Source of the DNA: an uncultured Acidobacteriota bacterium
GTDB lineage: Bacteria > Acidobacteriota > UBA6911
Direction of reading: 5' to 3'
Length of the DNA: 64,000 nt
Assembly (NCBI GenBank): GCA_963809485.1
Contig: CAWEJX010000019.1
Coordinates: 28,496-92,495 of the forward strand
The notes beneath the pieces are model-generated. The model saw only the letters and a program-made list of their open reading frames with translations. It was not told the DNA's origin and did no database searches. This document shows, one piece after another, positions 18,811 through 27,895 of this stretch (position 1 is its first letter; each line of letters opens with the position of its first letter). The translations under genes and the position numbers were made by a program.

Positions 18811-19509
18811 ATGAGCCGATACCACAAAGCGTTGCTTGCGGTTTTCGCAATTGTCTGGATATGGGCGGCCATTCAGCCCAAATACCCGGATGACTGGCTT
18901 CTGGAAAACATCCTGGTATTTGTGTCGGTGCCGGCTATTGTGCTGGCGGGCTATTATTTCAGACTGTCCAATCTTTCCTACACGCTGATAACAGTCTTCA
19001 TGGTCCTGCACCTGATTGGCTCGCACTACACGTATGCGGAGGTGCCGTTCGGATATGTGCTGCAAAGCTGGCTGGGTGCCAGCCGCAATATGTACGACCG
19101 GATGGTCCATTTCTCTTTCGGGCTTTTGCTCGCATACCCGGTCCGCGAGATTTTTATGAGACTGGCCCACGTCAAGGGTTTCTGGAGCTTTTATCTGCCG
19201 CTCGATGTGGCTTTATCGCTTTCCGCCGTCTATGAGGTGATGGAATGGTGGACCGCTGAAGCAGTCAGCCCGGGAGCGGGACTCGCGTTTCTGGGAACCC
19301 AGGGCGATGTGTGGGACGCACAAAAGGATATGCTAGCCGCCGGCACCGGCGCCCTGATCGCCATGCTTATCATCGCGGCGATTAACTGGAAATATGATCC
19401 TGCCTTTGCCCGGGAAATGCGCCAGAGCTTTATCATTCAAAAAGGAGACCGCCCACTGGGGGAAGTCCGTTTTCGCGAACTGCTCAAAAGATGGCGGAAG
19501 CGAAGGTAG
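18811..19509 (+). CDS. DUF2238 (YjdF-like) membrane protein
   Basis: DWLLEN, HYTYAEVPFG, RNMYDRMVHF, YEVMEW, FLGTQGDVWDAQKDM. Confidence 0.88.
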   Translation: MSRYHKALLAVFAIVWIWAAIQPKYPDDWLLENILVFVSVPAIVLAGYYFRLSNLSYTLITVFMVLHLIGSHYTYAEVPFGYVLQSWLGASRNMYDRMVHFSFGLLLAYPVREIFMRLAHVKGFWSFYLPLDVALSLSAVYEVMEWWTAEAVSPGAGLAFLGTQGDVWDAQKDMLAAGTGALIAMLIIAAINWKYDPAFAREMRQSFIIQKGDRPLGEVRFRELLKRWRKRR

Positions 19510-19797
19510 CCGCGGGCGGCCACACTTGAATCAACTGGCGCAATAATTACCTGTACGAGTTTGCCGCGCAACTGCTTATCCGCTGATCGTGGCTGGCTGC
19601 TGTTTTGGCCTCGCGCTGTGGGGCAGACCGGACGGGCGGCGATGGATAGCCACGGCTTACAGGTTCCGCGTTGCAGACTCCAAATCACCTCAAAACCTAT
19701 AACCTGCAACCCGGAACCCGAACCGATGCGCACCGAATCACGGAATCCTGTGAGAAATTCCGGCAAGTGCTGTAGTCTGAAGGAGGACTGACGGTTG

Positions 19798-20124
19798 TTA
19801 CCAGCGGGGTTCGCGATGTCCCCCCTGGCCTCCTCGATTGCCTCCCCTGCCGCCGCCAAAGCCTCCGCGGCGCTCGGTCTTGGGCCTGGCCTCATTCACG
19901 GTCAGATTGCGTCCTTCCACCGAAAAGGAGTTCAGTTCCTCGATCGCTTTCAGGGCTTCCGGATCATTCGCCATTTCAACGAAGGCAAATCCCCGGGACC
20001 TTCCGGTCTCGACGTCGCGCATCACCGTCACCGAGTCCACTGCACCCTTCTGAGCGAATAATTCCCTAAGTTCGGTTTCGCCCATAGAGAACGGAAGATT
20101 GCCGACAAATATTTTCTTTCCCAT
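19798..20124 (-). CDS. RRM RNA-binding protein with Gly-rich tail
   Basis: KIFVGNL (RNP2), RGFAFVEM (RNP1), VNEARP; GGAGG RBS. Confidence 0.95.
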   Translation of the reverse strand: MGKKIFVGNLPFSMGETELRELFAQKGAVDSVTVMRDVETGRSRGFAFVEMANDPEALKAIEELNSFSVEGRNLTVNEARPKTERRGGFGGGRGGNRGGQGGHREPRW

Positions 20125-20388
20125 CTCAACACCCTCCATAGCGCCGGCTGGATTCGAGCTCCGGCAAATTGAAAACTGAAAGCGCCTGCGGCCCAGGCCA
20201 GTTGCATGCGATGGATTGCGGCTCAATGCAGGATTGAATGGGAATGGACGAGCCAACTGTCTTATTCTGACTCTCCGTGCCGTGCAAGCAGTGTGCGTTT
20301 TCCACCGGACAGTCCAAAGCTACCATGAATGAAGTATAAGATACAATGGAAACGTCATCCCCGGCGGCGCATCAGCCAATAATTCCAT

Positions 20389-20770
20389 TGGTAAACCCAC
20401 GGCTCTGCCGGGGGACCCATAGAGTTTGACAGCTCCGTATTTTGAAACACTGAGATACGCTGACAAACGTCGGTTTGTTCGGCGAGGGTCGGCGAGCAAA
20501 AGCCGATGAGGCGCTTCCGATGGAGTTTTCTGCGGCGGCACTGTGGCAAACGCCGTGCGGCAAGGAGATGGAGGTTATGAGAAACCGGGCGTTTGCCACA
20601 GTGCCGCCGCAGAAAACTGTCCAGCGCGGAGCGCTGGCCCCTGAGGGGATCGGAAGCGCCTCATCGGCTTTTGCCCGCGTAAGTCAGCGTTCAAGACCAG
20701 CGTAACTCCCCCAACCGCCTTGAGCGGTTCCAATCTTTCAAGCCTCCGGCTTTGCCGGAGGTGCCTGACT
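20389..20770 (+). mobile_element. Non-autonomous IS200/IS605-like element, long form with nested hairpin
   Basis: Same ends as 9001-9219; internal 26-bp (20496-20521/20649-20674) and 31-bp (20524-20554/20588-20618) perfect inverted repeats. Confidence 0.82.
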
Positions 20771-21052
20771 TGGGTTCCAGGTTTCAGGCCGCAGATCACA
20801 AATTCCGACAGCAAGTCTCGGGCGCAGGCCTCAATTAAAAAATTTTTAGAGAGGAGCGAAATATTGGAGCATTTGCGGGGTATATATGGATATGGGCAAG
20901 TGAATGACCGTTCCCGTGCGTTTTTAGCTCCTGCTCAAGTTCGACACTTGCCCATCTTCCTTCTGAAATACGTAAACCCTTTTATCGGTTTTGCTTAGCT
21001 TCGTTCTGACAAAAACGCCGCTATTGTTCTGCCATGCCCGCGGCGGACGCAG

Positions 21053-22150
21053 CTAGATTCCCAGAGAAATGCCTATTCCCTGGGCGGCTTTGACCAGCGG
21101 ATGGTCCAGGCTGACAAAATTATAGTTGGCGATGGCTTCCTTAAGCGGCACAGAAACTATATGGAGGTGGCGGTAAGACACCATATAGCCGAACTTGCCC
21201 TCTTTCACCAGCTCCACTGCTTTGACCCCAAACTGGGTGGCAAGAATGCGATCATAGGCGATGGGGCTGCCGCCGCGCTGGATGTGCCCGAGCACTGTGA
21301 CACGGGTGTCCACGTCCAACAGGGCTTTGAGCTGCTTTTGAAGAACATAACCTACTCCACCAAGCACCTGGTCCTGGCGTCCGGCTTCATCGCTTTTGCT
21401 GGCCACTACCGAGCCGCCCTGAGCCATGGCTCCTTCGGCAATCACGATTATGGCGTGGCCTTTGCCTCGGCTGATACGGCCTTTCAGTATGTCTACCACC
21501 TTATTCACGTCATATGGAATTTCGGGAATCAGGACGATTTCGGCTCCGCCGGCCAGAGCGGCACTAAGGGCAATCCAGCCGGCGCCTCTGCCCATTACTT
21601 CCAGAATCATCACCCGGTGGTGGCTGGATGCGGTTGTGACCAGCCGATCCACAGCCTCGGTGGCGATTTCCACTGCTGTCTGGTATCCGAATGTGAAATC
21701 AGTGGAGGATAGATCGTTGTCGATGGTTTTCGGCACGCCCACGATGTTCAGACCCTTTTCAAAGAGCTGCTGAGATATTTTCTGGGAGCCGTCGCCGCCG
21801 ATGCTGATGACGGCATCGATCCCCTGGTATTGGAGGCGCCTCAGCAGGTCGTCGGAGCGGTCCACGGTGGTCCAAGCGCCATCCGGTTGTTTCACCGGCC
21901 AGGCGAAGGGCCCGCCTTTATTGGTGGTGCCGATGATGGTGCCGCCCATGACGTGAATTCCGGCAACCTTGCGCGCATCCAGGGGAACGAGTTCCATGGG
22001 TTCCTTAAGGATACCGTTATACGCGTTGATGCTGCCCACCACTTCCCAGTCGTACTCCTGGGATGCCCGCCGGACGATGGCGCGGATGACTGCATTTAAT
22101 CCGGGGCAATCCCCGCCGCCGGTTACGACCAAGATGCGCTTGCCTGCCAT
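21053..22150 (-). CDS. pfkA: 6-phosphofructokinase, probably ATP-dependent (group III type)
   Basis: TGGGDCPGLN, GGDGS, PKTIDND, EVMGR, LGHIQRGG. Confidence 0.92.
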   Translation of the reverse strand: MAGKRILVVTGGGDCPGLNAVIRAIVRRASQEYDWEVVGSINAYNGILKEPMELVPLDARKVAGIHVMGGTIIGTTNKGGPFAWPVKQPDGAWTTVDRSDDLLRRLQYQGIDAVISIGGDGSQKISQQLFEKGLNIVGVPKTIDNDLSSTDFTFGYQTAVEIATEAVDRLVTTASSHHRVMILEVMGRGAGWIALSAALAGGAEIVLIPEIPYDVNKVVDILKGRISRGKGHAIIVIAEGAMAQGGSVVASKSDEAGRQDQVLGGVGYVLQKQLKALLDVDTRVTVLGHIQRGGSPIAYDRILATQFGVKAVELVKEGKFGYMVSYRHLHIVSVPLKEAIANYNFVSLDHPLVKAAQGIGISLGI

Positions 22151-22305
22151 AACATTTCCTCCGGATTGATGTTGCCTATTAAATCCATTTACAATTCCCA
22201 AAGCAGCGTCTGGGGAGCCTCAGAGTTTGACGAAACCGGGATCAGGTAAGGTCGAAGTAAGCCAAAAAAGCGCTGACGAAAGCTGACAGCCAATCAGAGA
22301 AGCTG

Positions 22306-23520
22306 CTATCCCATTATTTTATGCACTGCCGGGGCTGCAATGCGGTCCATAGCCGGGATTCCGCCCAGGAGGGGCCGGCAGTAGTTCTTGAATGTCTCTG
22401 TGACCATGTTGTTGCCGCTAAGGAAATCGTCGGGCATGCGCTTGGTCTTGGCCGCCACCTCCTCCAGTTTGACCAATTCGTATTCCACGGCATAATCGCC
22501 CACACGCTTTATAGCCACGGAGCCGTCCACATTGTGCCAGACGGAAAACTGCACGGCTTTTTCTCCCACTTCGCGGGCTTCGCTGGCGTCCACGTCACTG
22601 ATGCAACCCAGGAAGGAGCGCTGCAGATATCCCAAAGTGTCTGCCCGAACCCGCTTGATCTTGGTTCGGACCTTGATCAGATCCGCAAGAAGATCCCCGA
22701 GGGCGCCGGTGCCGGAAAGCTGTACATTGCCATGTGCGTCTTTTTCGGCGTCGCCCGACTTAAGCGTGGTCAGCGTGGGTTGGCCGTTCGCGTCCTGGAT
22801 CCCTTCGGAAACTGCAACAACGCAGCGGCCATGGCGGGAGTAATTCTCTTCGACATCCCGGATGAATTTTTCCTTGTCGAATGATCTTTCCGGGACGTAG
22901 ATCAGGTGCGGCCCGTCGTCAGGGAATTTCTTGGCGAATATGGAGGCAGCCGTCAGGAACCCGGCATGTCGGCCCATAACCACGGCAATATACACCCCGG
23001 GCAGGGCCCGGTTGTCCAGGTTGGCCCCGGCAAAGGCTTGGGCCACGAATTTGGCCGCCGAGCCGAAGCCGGGGCAGTGGTCCGTCCCCACAAGGTCGTT
23101 ATCTATGGTTTTGGGCACATGTATCGTGCGCAATTCATATCCCTGGGCCTTGGCCTGCTCGTTGACTATGAGGCAGGTGTCCGCCGAGTCGTTGCCGCCG
23201 ATGTAAAAGAAGTACCGGATTTCATGAGCCAGCATAACTTTGAACATCTTTTTGCAGTATTCAATATCCGGTTTATCACGTGTGGACCCGAGAGCGGATG
23301 CAGGGGTCAGAGCTATTTGCTCCAGGTTGTTTGTGGTCGCCTGGGTCAAGTCCAGGAATTCCTCGTTAAGAATGCCTCGCACGCCGTGCCGCGCGCCATA
23401 CACCTTTGTGATTTCAGGGAATTTGCGTGCCTCCAGCACAACGGCGGCCAGGCTTTGATTGATGACGGCCGTGGGCCCTCCGCCCTGAGCCACCAGCGCT
23501 TTGCCGGATAATTTTGCCAT
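22306..23520 (-). CDS. pfp: Pyrophosphate-dependent phosphofructokinase
   Basis: AQGGGPTAVIN, GGNDS (Asp at the donor-specificity site), PKTIDND, MGRHAG, GYLQR. Confidence 0.85.
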   Translation of the reverse strand: MAKLSGKALVAQGGGPTAVINQSLAAVVLEARKFPEITKVYGARHGVRGILNEEFLDLTQATTNNLEQIALTPASALGSTRDKPDIEYCKKMFKVMLAHEIRYFFYIGGNDSADTCLIVNEQAKAQGYELRTIHVPKTIDNDLVGTDHCPGFGSAAKFVAQAFAGANLDNRALPGVYIAVVMGRHAGFLTAASIFAKKFPDDGPHLIYVPERSFDKEKFIRDVEENYSRHGRCVVAVSEGIQDANGQPTLTTLKSGDAEKDAHGNVQLSGTGALGDLLADLIKVRTKIKRVRADTLGYLQRSFLGCISDVDASEAREVGEKAVQFSVWHNVDGSVAIKRVGDYAVEYELVKLEEVAAKTKRMPDDFLSGNNMVTETFKNYCRPLLGGIPAMDRIAAPAVHKIMG

Positions 23521-23837
23521 GCCTTCCTCTCTTAACTCTTTACAGTAAAAGTAATCCTCAGGGCTGCAGCCGGGGGTACAGAAAGAAGGCTGTCACCGCC
23601 CCTAACCTGTTATTCACCCGCAAACCGTAAAAGGCTGTTTTTTGCCATAAAAAGTTTGTTTGCAACAAATAGTGCCGCATATGAGAGACAGCCTTTTGGA
23701 AATACAGTGTACCCCAACCCGTTTTCAATTTCACCCGCCGCATTTGTTGCGGAACAATTTTGCATCCCCATCTTTTACAGGCACCGCAGGCAATGATACA
23801 ATCCCTCCCCCATGCAATGATACGAAGGAGTATATAG

Positions 23838-25037
23838 ATGCCTGTCTCTGTACTTAAAGATATAAAAATCGTCGAATGTGCTACCTATGTCACCGGGCCT
23901 TACGCCACTGCGCTTTTGGCTGATTTGGGCGCTCGAGTCATTAAGATCGAGTCACCACCGGATGGTGATCCTTACCGTTACTTCGCCCCCGGTGAGTACT
24001 ACAGCCCGAACTTCGCGCACCTGCATCGGAACAAACAGAGCATCCTGTTGGATCTGAAATCGCCTGAAGGCAAGAAGATCTGCCTGGATCTGGTCGGAAG
24101 GGCGGATGTCTTTGTCGAAAATTTCCGCCCTGGTGTCGCAGATCGCCTCGGCTTTGGCTACGAAGCCTTGCGGGCAATGAACTCCGGACTTATCTATTGC
24201 TCCATTTCGGCTTTCGGCAAATCGGGTCCTTATTCATCCAAGCCCGGCTTCGATACTCTGGGTCAGGCGATGAGCGGCCTTTTGGGTTTGCTCGCGGATC
24301 CTGATGAGCCAAAGATCATGGGCGTCGCCCTATCCGATTATGTGACGGGAATTTCAGCCGCTTACGGTATTCTCGGCGGATTGATGGCGCGGCAGGCTTC
24401 CGGCAAGGGCCTGAAAGTGGAAACTTCCTTGTTGCAGGCGACCCTGTCGTTCATCGGCGAAACCGCCGCCGGTTATTTTGCAACCGGTACGATTCCCACT
24501 CGAATTGCCAGAGTCAAGAACGGCCATGCGTTTGCGTTCGTGACGAGGGATAATCTGCCCCTGGCAATTCATTGCTCGGTGCCGGAAAAATTCTGGCTCG
24601 CACTCCTCAAAGCCGCGGATCGGATGGAACTAGCGGAAGATGCGAGATTCAAGACTCGAGATGCCCGTCGACAGAACTTCGAGCAACTGGAAAAGGAACT
24701 GGCGCCGACCTTTGTGACCAGAGACCGGGAACAATGGCTGCGCCTTCTGGAAGAAAACGATGTTCCGGCGAGCCCGTTATATAACATGAAAGAAGTTCTG
24801 GAGGACCCGCAGGTTCTGCATCTTGGTGTAACGGAAGAAGTGGAGCACCCAAAGACGGGCAAGGCGAAGTTCGTCGGCGGCCCCGTGCGCTTTGAAGGTT
24901 TGTCGGTGGAAAAATCCGGTCCGCCGCCGCTTCCGGGCGAACACACGCGTACGATTCTCGCGGAACTCGGCTACAGCCGCGCCGACATCGAAAAACTCTC
25001 GACGAGTGGCGCCGTTCAGCTGCAGTCCAAAACTTAG
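23838..25037 (+). CDS. Family III CoA-transferase (CaiB/BaiF)
   Basis: GPYATALLADLGARVIKIE, RNKQSI, ENFRPG, catalytic Asp in LSDYVTG, GEHT. Confidence 0.93.
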   Translation: MPVSVLKDIKIVECATYVTGPYATALLADLGARVIKIESPPDGDPYRYFAPGEYYSPNFAHLHRNKQSILLDLKSPEGKKICLDLVGRADVFVENFRPGVADRLGFGYEALRAMNSGLIYCSISAFGKSGPYSSKPGFDTLGQAMSGLLGLLADPDEPKIMGVALSDYVTGISAAYGILGGLMARQASGKGLKVETSLLQATLSFIGETAAGYFATGTIPTRIARVKNGHAFAFVTRDNLPLAIHCSVPEKFWLALLKAADRMELAEDARFKTRDARRQNFEQLEKELAPTFVTRDREQWLRLLEENDVPASPLYNMKEVLEDPQVLHLGVTEEVEHPKTGKAKFVGGPVRFEGLSVEKSGPPPLPGEHTRTILAELGYSRADIEKLSTSGAVQLQSKT

Positions 25038-25201
25038 GATTCGGTGCGGGACTTCGGCATTTCTTCGTCATGCCGTATTCCTCCCGGCCTAATCTGCTTT
25101 GTTTTATCAAAGCTTACGATGAGAGTGGAATTGTCGCGCCGTGATCGGGAAGCTCTCGCGCTGAAAGAGTTTCTCTTGGTAGGCTAAGAACGAGTGAGCA
25201 T

Positions 25202-25576
25202 GTGAAAATGGATGCGAAAAAACGAGAGGTGGATCGATACGTGGATCAAGCTCCGCATGCGGCGGCCCAAAAGCTTGCGCAGCTTCGCGCCATAATCCAG
25301 TCCGCCGCGCCTAAAGCATCTGAATCCATCAGCTATGGGATGCCATTTTACGCTTACATGGGGCGCCTGGCATATTTTGGGTTGTGCAAAAAGCACATTG
25401 GCCTCTACGTGCCGCCTCCTGTTATTGCCGAACACAGCTCCGAACTGAAAGATTATGTAACCACAAAATCTGCGGTCCATTTGCCCCTGAACCAAAAACT
25501 GCCTGCAGGTTTGATCAGGAAGCTGATCAAAGCGAGAATGAGAATAAACGAAAAGCAAGGAGCAGGAAAGAAGTGA
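25202..25576 (+). CDS. DUF1801/YdhG-like protein
   Basis: LRAIIQSAAPKASESISYGMP, KHIGLY, LPAGLIRKLIKAR; start may be ATG 25208. Confidence 0.85.
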   Translation: MKMDAKKREVDRYVDQAPHAAAQKLAQLRAIIQSAAPKASESISYGMPFYAYMGRLAYFGLCKKHIGLYVPPPVIAEHSSELKDYVTTKSAVHLPLNQKLPAGLIRKLIKARMRINEKQGAGKK

Positions 25577-26110
25577 CGGCTCAGCCCCGGGCTGCTTCTG
25601 GAACCGCCAATTCTTTGGAGCTTGCATCGGATACTGCGACGGGCTTGCATCGTGCAAAGCGCGGCGGCCGGTTTTACAGCCCGAATCAAGGAAATGATTC
25701 GCTGCCGCCTGGTGCCAAGAGATTCTGGAATGAGCGCCTTGACTGGATTGGGCTGATAGATCCGGAGCCGATCCCATCCAATTCCATTTCGTTTTGAAGC
25801 GTCGGGCCGGCAGATTTCCATACGAATCCGGCATTTCCATAGTAGAATCCTCCTATTTGAACACTGGATAGCATTCGAAACATGCGCACAGCGACTTGTG
25901 GCTGACATACGCCGAGATTTTCGTAAAATGGCTCGCCGGGTTTATAAACGGGATGCAGATTGTTCGACCTATCCTATCAATGGTTCACACCGGCTGTTGG
26001 TTTGGGGATAGCGCTTCCAGTGATCGGCAAGACCTTGCGCTGTCGGCACGCGTCGGGAACGGCCTCAACGTTTGCGGCATATCCGCTCCATTCTCTTTAA
26101 GGAGACGCTT

Positions 26111-27484
26111 ATGGCAGAGAGATTAAATAAATCCTTGCTCTACACGTTCGGCGTTGGGGATCTGTTTTTCACCCTGATGATCAATATGGAGTTGTACTTT
26201 TTCCCGGCCTTCCTGACCGATTACGCCCAGTTCTCACTGGGCGTTGTCGGCAAAATTCTATATGTCACCAGCTTTGCCGATATCGTCTGCGCCCTCGTGG
26301 CCGGCGTGATTCTGCAAAAAGTGGCCCTGACGTTCGGAGGGCGGTACCGTTCCTGGCTGTTGATCGGCCCGCCGATTGTCGCTCCTCTGTTCATTTTGCA
26401 GTTCACGAAGATCGGAAATGTTTCCGTGGCGGCGTGGATTATCATCGTGGGATTTATAGCAAGCCACCTTTTGTTTAACGTCGTCTATGCCGCATCGGGG
26501 TCCATGGTGGGAAGCCTGAGCCAACGGCCCAACGAGAGGACGATATTGTCCAGCAGCAGAGCGCAGGGCATTGCGGCCGCGGGCCTGATATTCTCGGCGA
26601 CCGCATTGCCGATGATTATGTACTTCGGAAAGCGCACGAACACCGTCGTGGGTTTTTCCATCACCGTCGCCATCTACTGCATCCTCATGGTCCTGGGATA
26701 CTGGTATGTCTACAAAATTAGCGCCGCCGCGAGCGCGGAAAGCGATAAGGCGGCTCCGGTCGTCCAAAAGGAGGACCGGCCATCCTTGAAGGAAATTGTC
26801 GCTCTGGTTTTCAAAAACCCGCCCCTCCTGGTGCTGATTGTTGTCGAGACGTTCCGGAACACCTGCATGTTCATGATCACATCTTTTGCCTTCTACTATT
26901 TCGGCTATGTCCTTAAAAATTCCGCCTTCCTGTCCATCTTTATCCTGGCCATCAGTCTGGCCGCGCTGTTCGGCACGTTTGCCGCCGCGTGGATCGGGGT
27001 CAAGATCGGCAAGCGAAACTGCTACTGGATAACTTTGGCTCTGGCGACCTTTGTTTTTATCTCCGCGGCCATGGTGGGAAAAGCCACCTGGGGGTTCACG
27101 ATCATTTTTTGCGTCGCCTATATGCTCATCATGATCGCGGGATCGATGAGCACTGCCCTGTTCGCCGACACGGCGGTCTACGGGGAATGGAAAACAAGCA
27201 GAGACATCCAGGCATTCATCATGTCCCTGCTGGTTCTGCCGATCAAAGTGGGGGTATTGTTGCGAAGCGCCGTCATCACGATGGGCTTGATGGCCGTAGG
27301 ATTTGTGGCCAATGCAGTTCCAACAGAAAAGGTTGTCTCCGGAATCAGTTCCATCATGGTTTTCTCCCCAGCGATAGCGAGCGCGATCGCTGCCGTCATA
27401 TTCTATTTCGGGTACCGAGTCGAGGATAAGGATGTCCTGAAAATGCAGGACGATATAGGGGGTCGGACCAAGATAAATAGTTGA
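26111..27484 (+). CDS. MFS transporter, GPH (MelB-like) cation symporter family
   Basis: FGVGD, GRYRSWL, DTAVYGEWKT; about 12 TM segments; AGGAG RBS. Confidence 0.88.
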   Translation: MAERLNKSLLYTFGVGDLFFTLMINMELYFFPAFLTDYAQFSLGVVGKILYVTSFADIVCALVAGVILQKVALTFGGRYRSWLLIGPPIVAPLFILQFTKIGNVSVAAWIIIVGFIASHLLFNVVYAASGSMVGSLSQRPNERTILSSSRAQGIAAAGLIFSATALPMIMYFGKRTNTVVGFSITVAIYCILMVLGYWYVYKISAAASAESDKAAPVVQKEDRPSLKEIVALVFKNPPLLVLIVVETFRNTCMFMITSFAFYYFGYVLKNSAFLSIFILAISLAALFGTFAAAWIGVKIGKRNCYWITLALATFVFISAAMVGKATWGFTIIFCVAYMLIMIAGSMSTALFADTAVYGEWKTSRDIQAFIMSLLVLPIKVGVLLRSAVITMGLMAVGFVANAVPTEKVVSGISSIMVFSPAIASAIAAVIFYFGYRVEDKDVLKMQDDIGGRTKINS

Positions 27485-27783
27485 AATAGAATAAGATAAA
27501 CTACTTTTTACAGTGCCTGAATAGCCATTAGCCTGAATCTCTCACGGGATTTTCCTGAAGAGTTTGTATTTGAGCCCGTCTTTTCCGGTTATAGGTTGCA
27601 GGTAAGTTGCAGGTAAAAGGTTTCAACCCTTCATGCTGCTTTGGTACATGTAACCATCAATCGAGAGGATATGCCCGCCAGAGCCGCAGCAGCGGGAATG
27701 GGTATGTTGTGAGAAATGCGGGCTGAGGCTCATCTTCTATTCCAATATTCCAAAAAACTGACGGATCTTTAACAGCGGTAATT

Positions 27784-27843
27784 ATTTATCGTGGTCCGAC
27801 CCCGTTTTCCAGCCCAATTTATCGTGGTCCGACCCCGTTTTCC
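27784..27843. repeat. 27-bp direct repeat x2, REP-like
   Basis: ATTTATCGTGGTCCGACCCCGTTTTCC at 27784 and 27817. Confidence 0.75.
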
Positions 27844-27895
27844 GGGCCCCAGCCTGTGAGGATCCGGGATCAAAAAGGCAATTTGACTTTGCTGT

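Noticed and set aside
20577-20705. Small peptide (MRNRA...) encoded in the IS-like element loop
   Set aside because: The reading frame is not conserved between the 20389 and 37823 copies
27585-27720. GTTGCAGGTAA direct repeat and possible RAYT transposase remnant
   Set aside because: Too short and degenerate; no recognisable HUH motif
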